64,000 nucleotides of DNA. Origin: a virus (lineage: Duplodnaviria > Caudoviricetes). The stretch's first letter is position 1. Each line of letters starts with the position of its first letter. Made by a program: the position numbers and the translations under genes. The notes under the pieces are model-generated. The model saw only the letters and a list, made by a program, of their open reading frames with translations. It was not told the DNA's origin and did not search any database. The stretch spans positions 459 to 64,458 of the IMG/VR virus record IMGVR_UViG_3300043395_002393; one strand, written 5' to 3'. Positions 17,219-26,536 of the stretch are shown here, one piece after another.

Positions 17219-17956
17219 ATGCCTTGTGACACCTGCAACAGCTCCGGGGCCGCCGCGAAACCCGCGGCGGCGATGATCTATTCCGCAACCGCGTCGAGCG
17301 TGGTCGGGCGCGACGGTGTTCGCCACTCGATCGCCAAACCCCTCATCCCGGCCGGGCGAAAGCCAACCGGCGGCTGGAAAGTCAACCTGCTGGTGAACGG
17401 GCAGTCGATCGAAGCTGATGGACCCACCGGTGAAGCAGTGCACGCGGAGGCCGTCCGGCTCCTGCAACTCAACGGGATCACCTACTCGGACTTGGACCTG
17501 TGGCTCAATCTCAACCTCCAGTGGGTCCGCCGCGCCGTCGAGAAGTATCAGGTCGTCCGCGAGAGCGATCTCATGACCGCCGCGTCGGGCTCCGCCGTGG
17601 CTCCCGAGCACGCGCCCACCCGCGCCCGGCCACAGGTGGGACCGGCGGTGTGGGGCCGCAAGGGCTGGGGGATGCTCCAGATGTACTTGGCCTTGGACAC
17701 CTACGAGTTCGGCACCCTCCTCATGCTCGCCACCGAGCTTCGCAAGTGGCTCGACCCGAACGTCAACCCGACCACCGGTTGCGCGGAGTGCTTCATTCAC
17801 TTCGGCGCGGCGCTTGCGGATCTCCGCAACCGGCCGCGCTACACCCAGGCCGAGGCCCGCGAGTGGCTCTGGCGGGTGATGAACGGCGCCAACTCCCGGA
17901 AGGGGGTTCCCGAGATGACCTTCGAACAAGCAGCCCTCGCCAACCACTGGACATGA
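17219..17956 (+). CDS. Erv1/Alr-family sulfhydryl oxidase-like protein with N-terminal CxxC, 245 aa
   Basis: WGRKGWGMLQMY, GCAECFIHF and EWLWRVMNGANSRKGVP match the Erv pattern WGxxxWxxLH / CxxC / WxxxxHNxVN; N-terminal MPCDTC. Confidence 0.72.
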   Translation: MPCDTCNSSGAAAKPAAAMIYSATASSVVGRDGVRHSIAKPLIPAGRKPTGGWKVNLLVNGQSIEADGPTGEAVHAEAVRLLQLNGITYSDLDLWLNLNLQWVRRAVEKYQVVRESDLMTAASGSAVAPEHAPTRARPQVGPAVWGRKGWGMLQMYLALDTYEFGTLLMLATELRKWLDPNVNPTTGCAECFIHFGAALADLRNRPRYTQAEAREWLWRVMNGANSRKGVPEMTFEQAALANHWT

Positions 17957-20247
17957 AATTCCAATCCCAATACTTCGAGACGGCGGACGATCTGGTCCGT
18001 GCCAAGGACGACGCCTGGGAAGGTGTCAAGACGCGGCGTGAGCGGCTCGACATCATCCGCAAGTTCACGAACATGCAGCGGTTGATGACCGATGAGGAGG
18101 CCGAAAAGCTCGGCCGCACGGAGATCACCAACTTCGGGCTCTCGCACCGCGACATGCTCCAGATCGAGTCGCAGATCACCTCCATGGTCACCACGACCAA
18201 CGGGCTCGTCGAGGTGATCGTGGACACCGACAACGCCGAGAAGGACTACCAGACGAGCCTGCGGATCTCGGAAGCGATCAACCGCGGGGCGGTTCATTTC
18301 AAAGGGAAGTTCGCGAACCTGTGGCGCAAGGTCGCCGGTGAAATTACGATCGCCGGGGGCACTCCGGTGACCAACAACCCGCGCTTCGGTTGGCTCCCGG
18401 AGATCCGTGCCGATATGTTTTTTCCGAAGGCGACGCCGCTCGATGCCGAGCAGGTATCCTATGCCTTCGATCCTCGCGAGCTTTCAATTCACGACCTCAA
18501 GCACATGCTGGCGGCGATCGGTGATGGTCAGAGCCGCTACATCGTGAAGGAGAGCGTCGAGCACCTCATCAAGGTGTTGGAGGAGCAGGTGAAGGACAAC
18601 CGAAAGGACGAGGGAAGCTCGCACGGGTTCGGGGTCACCGAAGCGGTTCGCGACGGCAAATCCGAGCGGGCCACGACCATCTCGGCGTGGGATTACTTCG
18701 AGGTCAAATACGACGACAAGGGGAACCAATACGTCAGCCGCACCCTCTTCACCGACGGAATCAACGGGACCGCGACAACCGAGAAAGGTGATCGCGGCGA
18801 TGACAAACGCAGCTCCGCGGCCCGCATCATCGACTACGTCGAGAAAGCCTATCCAAGCGCCACGGACTGGCTGCACATGGTATTCGTGGACTCCGAGATC
18901 GGGGGTGTGAAGACCATCGACACCTGCCGCGGCATCGCCGAGCTGATCTACCCGTCGGCTCTGGAGCTGGAGGATCTCATCAACCTGACGCTCGAAGGGG
19001 ACAAGATCCGAGCCAAGCCGAAGATGCAGCTCACCGCGGAGGCGAACATCGACGACGTGGCGAAGTGGAACATCGTCGAGGACATGTATGCTCCAGCCGG
19101 CGTCTCCGAGCTGGAGTTCCGGTCGAACTCGCAGGGGCTCATGACTCCTTTCTCTCTGCTTCGGCAGAATGCCGCGGGGCTTGCGACCTCGTCGGTCGCA
19201 AACTCCGGTCGGGGCGGGGAGCTGCGCCAGCAAGCTCTGGAGCGCCAAGAGAACTCGGCCCAGCTCATCGGGAACCGGCTCGCGGAAGGCTACAACCACT
19301 TGGAGTCGATCTTGGAGACGCTCGTCTGGAGGCTACTCGCCGGCGACGTGAAGCCGGGCACCGACGGCTACCACGAGACGATGTGGGTCCGAGCCTACCT
19401 GGATCGCTACGACATCCCCTACAAGGACCTCGCCAAGCGCGAGCACAACCGGTTCCAGTACATCCGGGTCCGGGCCAAGCGGGTCATCGGCAACGGTGAC
19501 GCGCAGCAGCGGATGGATACGGCGGATTGGCTCATGAGCAACATCATGAACTACGCCCCGGCCACCCGTCCGCTGGTGGTGCAGCAGGCTACCGCGCTGC
19601 GGACACAGGACCCCGACCTCGCCGAGTATCTGGTCAAGGTGCCACAGGCGATTCTCAACGCCCAGAAGATCACCGCGGAGAACGAGTTCTCCACCATCGA
19701 GCGCCGCGCCGCGCTGGGGCAGGTCATCCCGATCGCCCCGGACGACGTTCACCAGGACCACATTCCGGTCCACCTTATCGACATGCAAGCCATGGTCGCG
19801 ATGGCCCAGATGCGCCCTTGGGACAAGCTGGACGTGCTCCAGTTCGCAGGGCTGGCCGAGCACACCGGCGAGCACCTCCAAGTGCTCATGGGCAATCCGC
19901 TGACCAACCCGGAGGCCAAGGCGTTCTTGAAGGACTACCAGAACATCGTCGCCTCCGCGCAGTCCATCGTGCAGGAGGTCGAGGAGCGCCTCGGCTCCGA
20001 ACAGGGGCAGCTCACCGCTCGCGAGCAGGCCGAGGTCGAGCTGAGGGTGGCCGAGCTTCAACTCAAGGCTCAGGCACTCGGACTCAAGATCGAAGACACC
20101 CGCAAGCTCTGGGAGAATCGCGAGGCCCGAGCCCGCCTCTCCCAGCGCAGCCAGTACGCTCGCGAAGTCGGTGATGCCCAGCGGCTCCAGCTTGACAACA
20201 AGCGGATCGAGACGCAGGCTCAATCCAGACAATCCGCGCAACAGTGA
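17953..20247 (+). CDS. Portal protein, 764 aa
   Basis: Size, position after terL, C-terminal helical barrel-like Q/E-rich coiled coil; start MKFQSQ at 17953. Confidence 0.75.
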   Translation: MKFQSQYFETADDLVRAKDDAWEGVKTRRERLDIIRKFTNMQRLMTDEEAEKLGRTEITNFGLSHRDMLQIESQITSMVTTTNGLVEVIVDTDNAEKDYQTSLRISEAINRGAVHFKGKFANLWRKVAGEITIAGGTPVTNNPRFGWLPEIRADMFFPKATPLDAEQVSYAFDPRELSIHDLKHMLAAIGDGQSRYIVKESVEHLIKVLEEQVKDNRKDEGSSHGFGVTEAVRDGKSERATTISAWDYFEVKYDDKGNQYVSRTLFTDGINGTATTEKGDRGDDKRSSAARIIDYVEKAYPSATDWLHMVFVDSEIGGVKTIDTCRGIAELIYPSALELEDLINLTLEGDKIRAKPKMQLTAEANIDDVAKWNIVEDMYAPAGVSELEFRSNSQGLMTPFSLLRQNAAGLATSSVANSGRGGELRQQALERQENSAQLIGNRLAEGYNHLESILETLVWRLLAGDVKPGTDGYHETMWVRAYLDRYDIPYKDLAKREHNRFQYIRVRAKRVIGNGDAQQRMDTADWLMSNIMNYAPATRPLVVQQATALRTQDPDLAEYLVKVPQAILNAQKITAENEFSTIERRAALGQVIPIAPDDVHQDHIPVHLIDMQAMVAMAQMRPWDKLDVLQFAGLAEHTGEHLQVLMGNPLTNPEAKAFLKDYQNIVASAQSIVQEVEERLGSEQGQLTAREQAEVELRVAELQLKAQALGLKIEDTRKLWENREARARLSQRSQYAREVGDAQRLQLDNKRIETQAQSRQSAQQ

Positions 20248-20525
20248 TGCAATTAACTCGCAAACCAACGCTGCCAATAACCGCAGGTCTCGCGGAACTC
20301 GTTGGCAATGTGAACCTTTGCAAGAAGCTCGACTCTGTCTCCGACGAGATCGACATCGTTCTCGCTCAGATCCAGCTCGATCACGTCACTCCCGAGAACC
20401 GGGACAACTGCGGCCCGACGCTGCTGGCGCTCCAGCTTGTCCGGGATGCCTTCTTCCTTTTCACCACCAAAGGCCGCGCCGTGATGAAATCCGAGCAGGC
20501 TCCAAAACCTCCAACCACCACCTGA
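20244..20525 (+). CDS. Small hypothetical protein between portal and scaffold
   Basis: Coupled ORF at a typical podovirus position. Confidence 0.65.
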   Translation: MMQLTRKPTLPITAGLAELVGNVNLCKKLDSVSDEIDIVLAQIQLDHVTPENRDNCGPTLLALQLVRDAFFLFTTKGRAVMKSEQAPKPPTTT

Positions 20526-20526
20526 A

Positions 20527-21888
20527 ATGCCACCCATCGACAACATCGAGCCGCAGCACGAAGACCGTCACAACCGGAACATGGCCGCCCTTTTCGGCGA
20601 CGACGCTCCGCCCCAGGACCCGCCGCAGGACGAGCCGGGTGACGACGCTCCGCCCCAGGACCCGCCGCAGGACGAGCCGGGTGACGACGCTCCGCCCCAG
20701 GACCCGCCGCAGGACGACCCCGAGGAGACTCCCGCGGACGATGTCGAGGAGGACTACGACGCCCCTGCGTCCAAGAAGGACAAGGCCGCCGAAGACGAGC
20801 CGGAGCCCGAGAACGAGACCGTCGCCCGCAAGATGGCGAAGGAGAACGGACGCCGCGCCAAACTCGCCGAGGCCAAGCTCCGCGAGCACGAGCTGGAGAT
20901 CGACCGGTTGAAATCCGAGCTGGAGGCCGAGAAAGCACGCCGCGAGGAGATCGAGGCGGTGCAGGTCGATCCTCGCGATTTCCCGGAGGTAAAGTCCCTG
21001 CGCGAGAAGGTGCTCAACGACGTGAAGCGGGGCGCCGCGCTTCTCGGTGTCCGGGACCCGAAGACCTTCCGCGACAACTTCGGCAGCTACATCACGAGCT
21101 TCATGGACGCGGACGCGCTCGACGGCGAGGAGTTCGATGCGGCGATCCTCAACCTCCGCAAGCAGATCATCAAGGATGTCGGCGGGTTCGAGGATGCGTA
21201 CGACGACCTCGATTTCACCGAGCAGGCCCGCGCCGACGCGATCGCCGACAAGGCGATGGCGGTCCTGGAGCGGGCGGTCCCCGACACCAAGAAGGCGATC
21301 GAACTCGCGGAAGGGCTGAAATCCCGCGCAAAAACCGGCCAGCTCATGGTGGGGACCCGCGAATACCAAGCTGCGGTGGCTGAATACCAACCGGTTCTCG
21401 ACGCCATCGGCGACCTGCCGGACGAAGTGATCGAAGCCGATCCGCACAGCATCCCGACCGTGGTCGCCCGAATGGTCAAGGAGTCGCCGGAGGCCCGCCG
21501 CCGCTTGGAGCGTGCCAAAGCCGACGTTCTGGAGATCATCGTCGGCCCGCGGGCGATCACCCAGGAGGAAGCCGAGAAGCTCCAAGCCAACGGCACCGAC
21601 CTCAAGACCTTCTACGCCGAGCGCCAGAAGCTCGTCGCCGAGAAGCGCAAGAAGCTCATCCCCCTGCTGGTTCAAGGGCTGGCCACCCGGTCGGTGTTCG
21701 CCGACGTGGTCAAGAAGCTCGCGAAGTACGAGGCGGCGAACGCCTCCGACGAGGAAGAGTTCGACGTGATGCGGCAGGTCCGCTCCCCCAAACCGGTGCC
21801 GAAGAAGAAGCCGGACCCCGTTCCGGCCGGCAAGCGCCGGAACTCGGTCCTGACCGAAATGTTCGGGGGCAACTACGACGAGCTGTGA
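20527..21888 (+). CDS. Putative capsid scaffolding protein, 453 aa
   Basis: Acidic low-complexity N-terminus, coiled coil, directly upstream of the capsid gene. Confidence 0.7.
   Translation: MPPIDNIEPQHEDRHNRNMAALFGDDAPPQDPPQDEPGDDAPPQDPPQDEPGDDAPPQDPPQDDPEETPADDVEEDYDAPASKKDKAAEDEPEPENETVARKMAKENGRRAKLAEAKLREHELEIDRLKSELEAEKARREEIEAVQVDPRDFPEVKSLREKVLNDVKRGAALLGVRDPKTFRDNFGSYITSFMDADALDGEEFDAAILNLRKQIIKDVGGFEDAYDDLDFTEQARADAIADKAMAVLERAVPDTKKAIELAEGLKSRAKTGQLMVGTREYQAAVAEYQPVLDAIGDLPDEVIEADPHSIPTVVARMVKESPEARRRLERAKADVLEIIVGPRAITQEEAEKLQANGTDLKTFYAERQKLVAEKRKKLIPLLVQGLATRSVFADVVKKLAKYEAANASDEEEFDVMRQVRSPKPVPKKKPDPVPAGKRRNSVLTEMFGGNYDEL
20599..20717 (+). repeat. 42-bp tandem repeat x~2.8 (DDAPPQDPPQDEPG)
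   Basis: Identical units at 20599 and 20641, partial unit at 20683. Confidence 0.95.
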
Positions 21889-21895
21889 TTCCGAC

Positions 21896-21948
21896 TTGAC
21901 GGGAAACCCGCTTTGTGGCTGCATCCTCGCAGCCTAGCGGGTTTCCCG
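21896..21948 (+). promoter_or_regulatory. Long hairpin at the start of the ~200-nt capsid leader
   Basis: CGGGAAACCCGCT..GGCTGC-ATCCTC-GCAGCC..AGCGGGTTTCCCG, overlapping TTGACG. Confidence 0.55.
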
Positions 21949-22099
21949 ACCCGCAGCTCTCATTTCTTGCAGCAACCTACCGGCGGACGTGGTGCCCCGC
22001 CATTGCAGGACCAAGCAGAGTGGATCTTTGGTGGCTCGCTGATCGTTTGGGGAAGCCGGACATTCGTGTCCTCCGTTCCAACATCAGCACATCACTCCA

Positions 22100-23914
22100 A
22101 TGCCCTCTTGCAATCCTGACAAAATCAAGTCCGCCCTCTTCGAGGAAGCCGACATCGTGACGGACATCGTCCGCGAGAAGATCGTGAAATCCGATCGCAT
22201 GGCCCTCCGCATGATCCCCGATGGCGGGGTCGTCGAGCGCCACGACAACAACGACACCATCATCTACGGTGAAGGTCGTCAGGCGTCCCGTGCCTACAAG
22301 CAGCTCGACCACTCGGTCAAGGCGCTGGTTGGCGGTGAGATGCGCGGTCGCAAGGAGAACGGCGCGTCCGGTCTCTTCACCGCCGACATCAACGACATCG
22401 CCGACAACGCCTGCCACGGGCAGTGCGAGATCGACTTCGCCCAAGGCTTCCGCCGCCGCGGCACGGTCGATTACGGTCTGGATGTCACCACTCCGATCAA
22501 GTGCGCTCGCGAACTCGATCGCCTCGGCAAGGAGCACATCCGCGGCTACTTCACCGGGTTCAGGAACCAGTTCTCCATGTGGGGTCTGGACAATTTCAGC
22601 GACAACCTGCTGAACCTCGTCATCCAGAACTCGGAGTCGAACGCTTCGGTGCTCGGCGCCAACCAGTTCAACGTCACCGCCGGCGGATGGCAGGCGCCCC
22701 CGGTCTACCGCATCTCCATCCACTTCCTCCAGGACTACAAGGACCACATCAAGGCCGAAATGAAGGGCCGCGGCATGGAGGTCGGCGAGAACTGGAAGCT
22801 CACCGTCGAGATGCCGATGGACGACTGGTTGGACGCCGTCAAGGCCGACCAGATCGCCCGCAACCCCACCGGCACCAGCTACAACACCGAAGTCTTCAAG
22901 GACGAAGAAGGCCCGATGCGCGGCCGTCAGTTCGCGGACTACGGCGGTATCCGGTGCTACTTCACCGATGAACCGATCCGCGGCTACTTCGTGCAGACCG
23001 CCATCGCGTCCGGCAACCCCGTCTACAACTTCGTCCGGGTCTACCCCTGGATCAACAAGCAGGACGAGGAAGGCGGCATCGTGACCGGTGTGAACCACCA
23101 GTATCGTCAGGACCAGATCACCGTCGATGGGGTCACCTACGACATGTGCACCCTCCTGCCGCACATCGACCCGCGCTCCTTCAAGCGTTACGGCTTGATG
23201 AAGCCGCTCAAGCCGATCGGTGGTGCCAACGAAGGCGTCAACTACCAGGTCAAGGTCATCGACGGCCCCCACCTCGGTTGCAACGACTTCAACGACAAGT
23301 TCAAGCTCGTCGCTCGCCACGAGTTCCGGTTCAAGTCGATCTACCCGGAATTCTCCGGCTTCATCGCCTATCGTCACGGTCGCCGTCAGGGCTACACCAT
23401 CGCGGTCACCCCGCGGGAATACGTGGCCGGCCCGGACACCCCGGCGAACCCCGAGCGTTTCGACGCTTGCCACGACGACACCGGTTGCCAGACCGCCGAG
23501 TGCGCTCAGTGTGGCAAGGTCCCGGGCGACGAAGGCGCTTGCGTCGAGCCCAGCTCGACCTCTGCGGTCCTCAACTTGGAGCCCTGCGGCAGCATCGACG
23601 CGGTGTTCCTCGGTGATGCGTTCAACATCGTCCTGCGGGTCACCCGCACCGGCGACACGAGCGCGGCCGCGCAGGTCAACTGGACCTCCGCGCACGTCAC
23701 CACCAACGACTCCGACTTCCTCGACACCACGGGGGTCCTGTCGTGGGCCGCGGGCGACGACAGCCCGAAGGAAATCACGATCCCGATCCTTGGCACCTTC
23801 TCGGAGGCTGTCTCTGGAACCGCGGATCAGTTCACGGTCACCATCAGCTCGCCGGTCGGGGACACCCTCGGCACCTGCACGGTGGCTACCGTCAACGTCA
23901 GCGACCTGTCCTGA
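22100..23914 (+). CDS. Major capsid protein with Cys-rich linker and C-terminal Calx-beta (Ig-like) domain, 604 aa
   Basis: Position after scaffold, strong codon bias, terminator downstream; VTRTGDTSAAAQVNW..DF..TGVLSWAAGD..KEITIPI..FTVTIS is Calx-beta-like. Confidence 0.75.
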   Translation: MPSCNPDKIKSALFEEADIVTDIVREKIVKSDRMALRMIPDGGVVERHDNNDTIIYGEGRQASRAYKQLDHSVKALVGGEMRGRKENGASGLFTADINDIADNACHGQCEIDFAQGFRRRGTVDYGLDVTTPIKCARELDRLGKEHIRGYFTGFRNQFSMWGLDNFSDNLLNLVIQNSESNASVLGANQFNVTAGGWQAPPVYRISIHFLQDYKDHIKAEMKGRGMEVGENWKLTVEMPMDDWLDAVKADQIARNPTGTSYNTEVFKDEEGPMRGRQFADYGGIRCYFTDEPIRGYFVQTAIASGNPVYNFVRVYPWINKQDEEGGIVTGVNHQYRQDQITVDGVTYDMCTLLPHIDPRSFKRYGLMKPLKPIGGANEGVNYQVKVIDGPHLGCNDFNDKFKLVARHEFRFKSIYPEFSGFIAYRHGRRQGYTIAVTPREYVAGPDTPANPERFDACHDDTGCQTAECAQCGKVPGDEGACVEPSSTSAVLNLEPCGSIDAVFLGDAFNIVLRVTRTGDTSAAAQVNWTSAHVTTNDSDFLDTTGVLSWAAGDDSPKEITIPILGTFSEAVSGTADQFTVTISSPVGDTLGTCTVATVNVSDLS

Positions 23915-23937
23915 TAGGACGGTCTGAATCATCAACC

Positions 23938-23964
23938 GGGGCGGGGTCCGAGCGACCCCGCCCC
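23938..23964 (+). terminator. Hairpin terminator after the capsid gene
   Basis: GGGGCGGGGTC-CGAGC-GACCCCGCCCC followed by a pyrimidine tract. Confidence 0.65.
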
Positions 23965-23981
23965 CTTCCCCTTTCAAAGCC

Positions 23982-25661
23982 GTGGCCAAGAAGACCCTTC
24001 GCAATTTCCAAGTCGCCGGAGCCCTTTTCGTTTCACCTGGAGGCGCGGAGATCGCCGCCGGGGATGAGGTCCGGCTTTTCCTCAACCAGGTTGCCAATCC
24101 GGCGTTCCCCGAGTTCATCGATGGGATCGCTCAGAACCCGATCACTCGGGTCAACCTCGTGTCCGGTGGATGCGTGGTCGAAGGCACCTCCTACACCTTC
24201 GAATACGAGGCCGATGACCTGGATGGTGCGGCCACGATGCTCAACGTGTGCGACGTGGTCGAAGTCTCGGCGATCGCCTGCTGCGAGGTCCTGCGCGACG
24301 CCCTCGACGACGAGATCGCGGCCCGCACGGCGGCCGACACCGCGTTGCAGGAGAACATCGACGAAGTCCAAGCGGACCTCGACACTTGGGACGTTCTGGA
24401 GCTGAACGCGGAGCCGGTGGACGGCGTCCTCGGAGCCAAACAGATCACGACCCAAACGGTCATCGGAACGATCATCACCGCGGGCACCGCAATCACCACG
24501 GTCACCGCGGCCGGTCTCACGGGCTCCCCGCTGGCGCTCACTTTCGATGTGGATTCCGGTGACACCCCTTCGGTCGTCGCCGCGAAGGCCGCGGCCAAGC
24601 TGGAGCAGACGGCCGCCATCACCGCGTTGTTCGAGGTGGACAACATCGGGTCGAGCTACGCGCTCACCCGCAAGATCGAAGCGGCCAACGACGGCACGCT
24701 CAACATCGCGATCACCAACGGCACCTGCACCGGACTCACCCCGGACGGAGCCAGCACGGCAACGCAGGCGGGCGTCGCCTCGGTCGCAGGGACGGTCGCC
24801 GAGCGCATTGGACGCCGGGCGACGTTCAACGGGCGACTCTTCGAGGCCCGCGACATCAGCCCGAACGAGTGGGTCGAGATCACCACGGAGGTGAACTCGG
24901 TCAACTACAGCGCGAGTCTCGGAGCCCTCACGGGAGCGGGCGGGTTGGACACTTTGGTGGTCACTTTCGAAGATGTTGGTCGCTGCCAGGCGGTCATGGG
25001 CAGTGGCTACACCTACCACTACGTTCTGAACTCCGACAACTCCGCGGAGAACTCCCCCTACGTCATCCGGCCGAACAACTACTCCGAACCGGACAACACG
25101 GTGGTCTGGGAACTCCGCCCGGCCATCACGGTGTCTTCGGCGGTTCTCGACGCCACCACCGGCGGCAACGGCAGTTCCGACAGCGGGTTGGTCGTGAAAT
25201 ACGGCGCCAACGGTCAGTTGTCCTCGTCGTTCTCCGTGGTCCTGGTGGATGAAGCCTCCGGTTTCGTCGCCAACATCGAGAATGACGGGGCGCTCTCGTC
25301 CAGCCAGACCTACTCGGTCCCGAACGGAAGCGGCACTCTCGCGTTGTTCCCCGGCGTCGTCGCAGCGACTCCCACTACCGGTTTCACGATCACCGCGGCC
25401 CGCTACACGGACCAGACCCACTACCTCACCCCGGCTGGGACTCTGGCGACCGGAACCTTCTCCTTGCCCACGGCGGCCAACAGCCGCGTCGGCCAGATCG
25501 TCCGCCTCTGGAGCACTCAGATCGTCACCGCCCTGACCGTCAACGTCGCCGGCGGCGGCACGATCCGCGGCTCGGCCCTCACCGCGGCTGCCGTGGATGT
25601 TCCCTACGCTTGGCAGTGCGTCAGCACCGCTGGCGCCGGAACTTGGATTCGCCTTCAATAA
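23982..25661 (+). CDS. Virion structural protein (head/tail fibre-like), 559 aa
   Basis: T/A/G-rich beta domains, short coiled coil EIAARTAADTALQ, C-terminal TGTFSLP module. Confidence 0.7.
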   Translation: MAKKTLRNFQVAGALFVSPGGAEIAAGDEVRLFLNQVANPAFPEFIDGIAQNPITRVNLVSGGCVVEGTSYTFEYEADDLDGAATMLNVCDVVEVSAIACCEVLRDALDDEIAARTAADTALQENIDEVQADLDTWDVLELNAEPVDGVLGAKQITTQTVIGTIITAGTAITTVTAAGLTGSPLALTFDVDSGDTPSVVAAKAAAKLEQTAAITALFEVDNIGSSYALTRKIEAANDGTLNIAITNGTCTGLTPDGASTATQAGVASVAGTVAERIGRRATFNGRLFEARDISPNEWVEITTEVNSVNYSASLGALTGAGGLDTLVVTFEDVGRCQAVMGSGYTYHYVLNSDNSAENSPYVIRPNNYSEPDNTVVWELRPAITVSSAVLDATTGGNGSSDSGLVVKYGANGQLSSSFSVVLVDEASGFVANIENDGALSSSQTYSVPNGSGTLALFPGVVAATPTTGFTITAARYTDQTHYLTPAGTLATGTFSLPTAANSRVGQIVRLWSTQIVTALTVNVAGGGTIRGSALTAAAVDVPYAWQCVSTAGAGTWIRLQ

Positions 25662-25670
25662 TCCCACCCC

Positions 25671-26531
25671 ATGAGCTGCAACTGCACCACGCCCGCCTCG
25701 GTGGCTCCGGTCAACCCGGAGCTACCGACCCTCTCCGCGCTGTCGCAAGCCTGCACGGACACCGTCGCCTGCGCGACCGACGAGTGCCTTGGTACGACTC
25801 CGGCGAGCGTCACCGGCAGCCCGGTGTCCCGCTGCGCCGATGCGAACGCGCTGCGGTCGTCCGCGAGCTGCGGCTACACCCTTCCGAACGGCTTCACCGA
25901 CGCGATCGCCGATCGCAACACCGAGGGGGTCACGCTCCTCGGTCGCATCGGCGCGAAGTTGGCGAAGCTGACCGGGTCCGGTTTCATCAAGATCGTCGAA
26001 GGCAAGGCGTTCATCGTTTCGTCAGTGCCGATCAAGATCGCCACGCTCTGGCACCAGTGGTGGAAGCCGGCGGGCATCAACGCCCGTCCGGTGCTCGGCG
26101 ACCCGCTGCCGTTTCATCACGCCGTCGTCGCTGATTCCGAAGGAAACCTCCATGGGATCAAAGGCGGCACGGAAGACGCGAGCCACGTCTGGAACGGCGA
26201 GCTTGGTCAGTGGGAAACCCGTGCGGAGGCCGATCGGACGCTCTGCAAGCGAGGGCACCTCGAACGGGCTGCGTCGCTGGAGCTGGTCGGTTTGGAAGCG
26301 ATCGCCGTGACGGGAACGGGCGCTGAGGTTCGCAATTTCAAGACCCTCGCGGGCTCCGGCATGATCGTGGTGGAGCAGACCCCGACCACGGCGTCGAGCT
26401 GTGACTGCCCAGGATGCGAGCCGGTTCCCGCGGTGTCCAGCGTCGCCAGGTTCGTTCCGTTCCCCACCGGCGACGGCACTTGGACCTTGAAGTGGGACGC
26501 CGAAAATGGTCCTCATTGGGTCGAAGACTGA
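25671..26531 (+). CDS. Cys-rich structural protein, 286 aa
   Basis: MSCNC..., CDCPGC; 11 Cys counted; structural operon. Confidence 0.7.
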   Translation: MSCNCTTPASVAPVNPELPTLSALSQACTDTVACATDECLGTTPASVTGSPVSRCADANALRSSASCGYTLPNGFTDAIADRNTEGVTLLGRIGAKLAKLTGSGFIKIVEGKAFIVSSVPIKIATLWHQWWKPAGINARPVLGDPLPFHHAVVADSEGNLHGIKGGTEDASHVWNGELGQWETRAEADRTLCKRGHLERAASLELVGLEAIAVTGTGAEVRNFKTLAGSGMIVVEQTPTTASSCDCPGCEPVPAVSSVARFVPFPTGDGTWTLKWDAENGPHWVED

Positions 26532-26536
26532 CCCCC

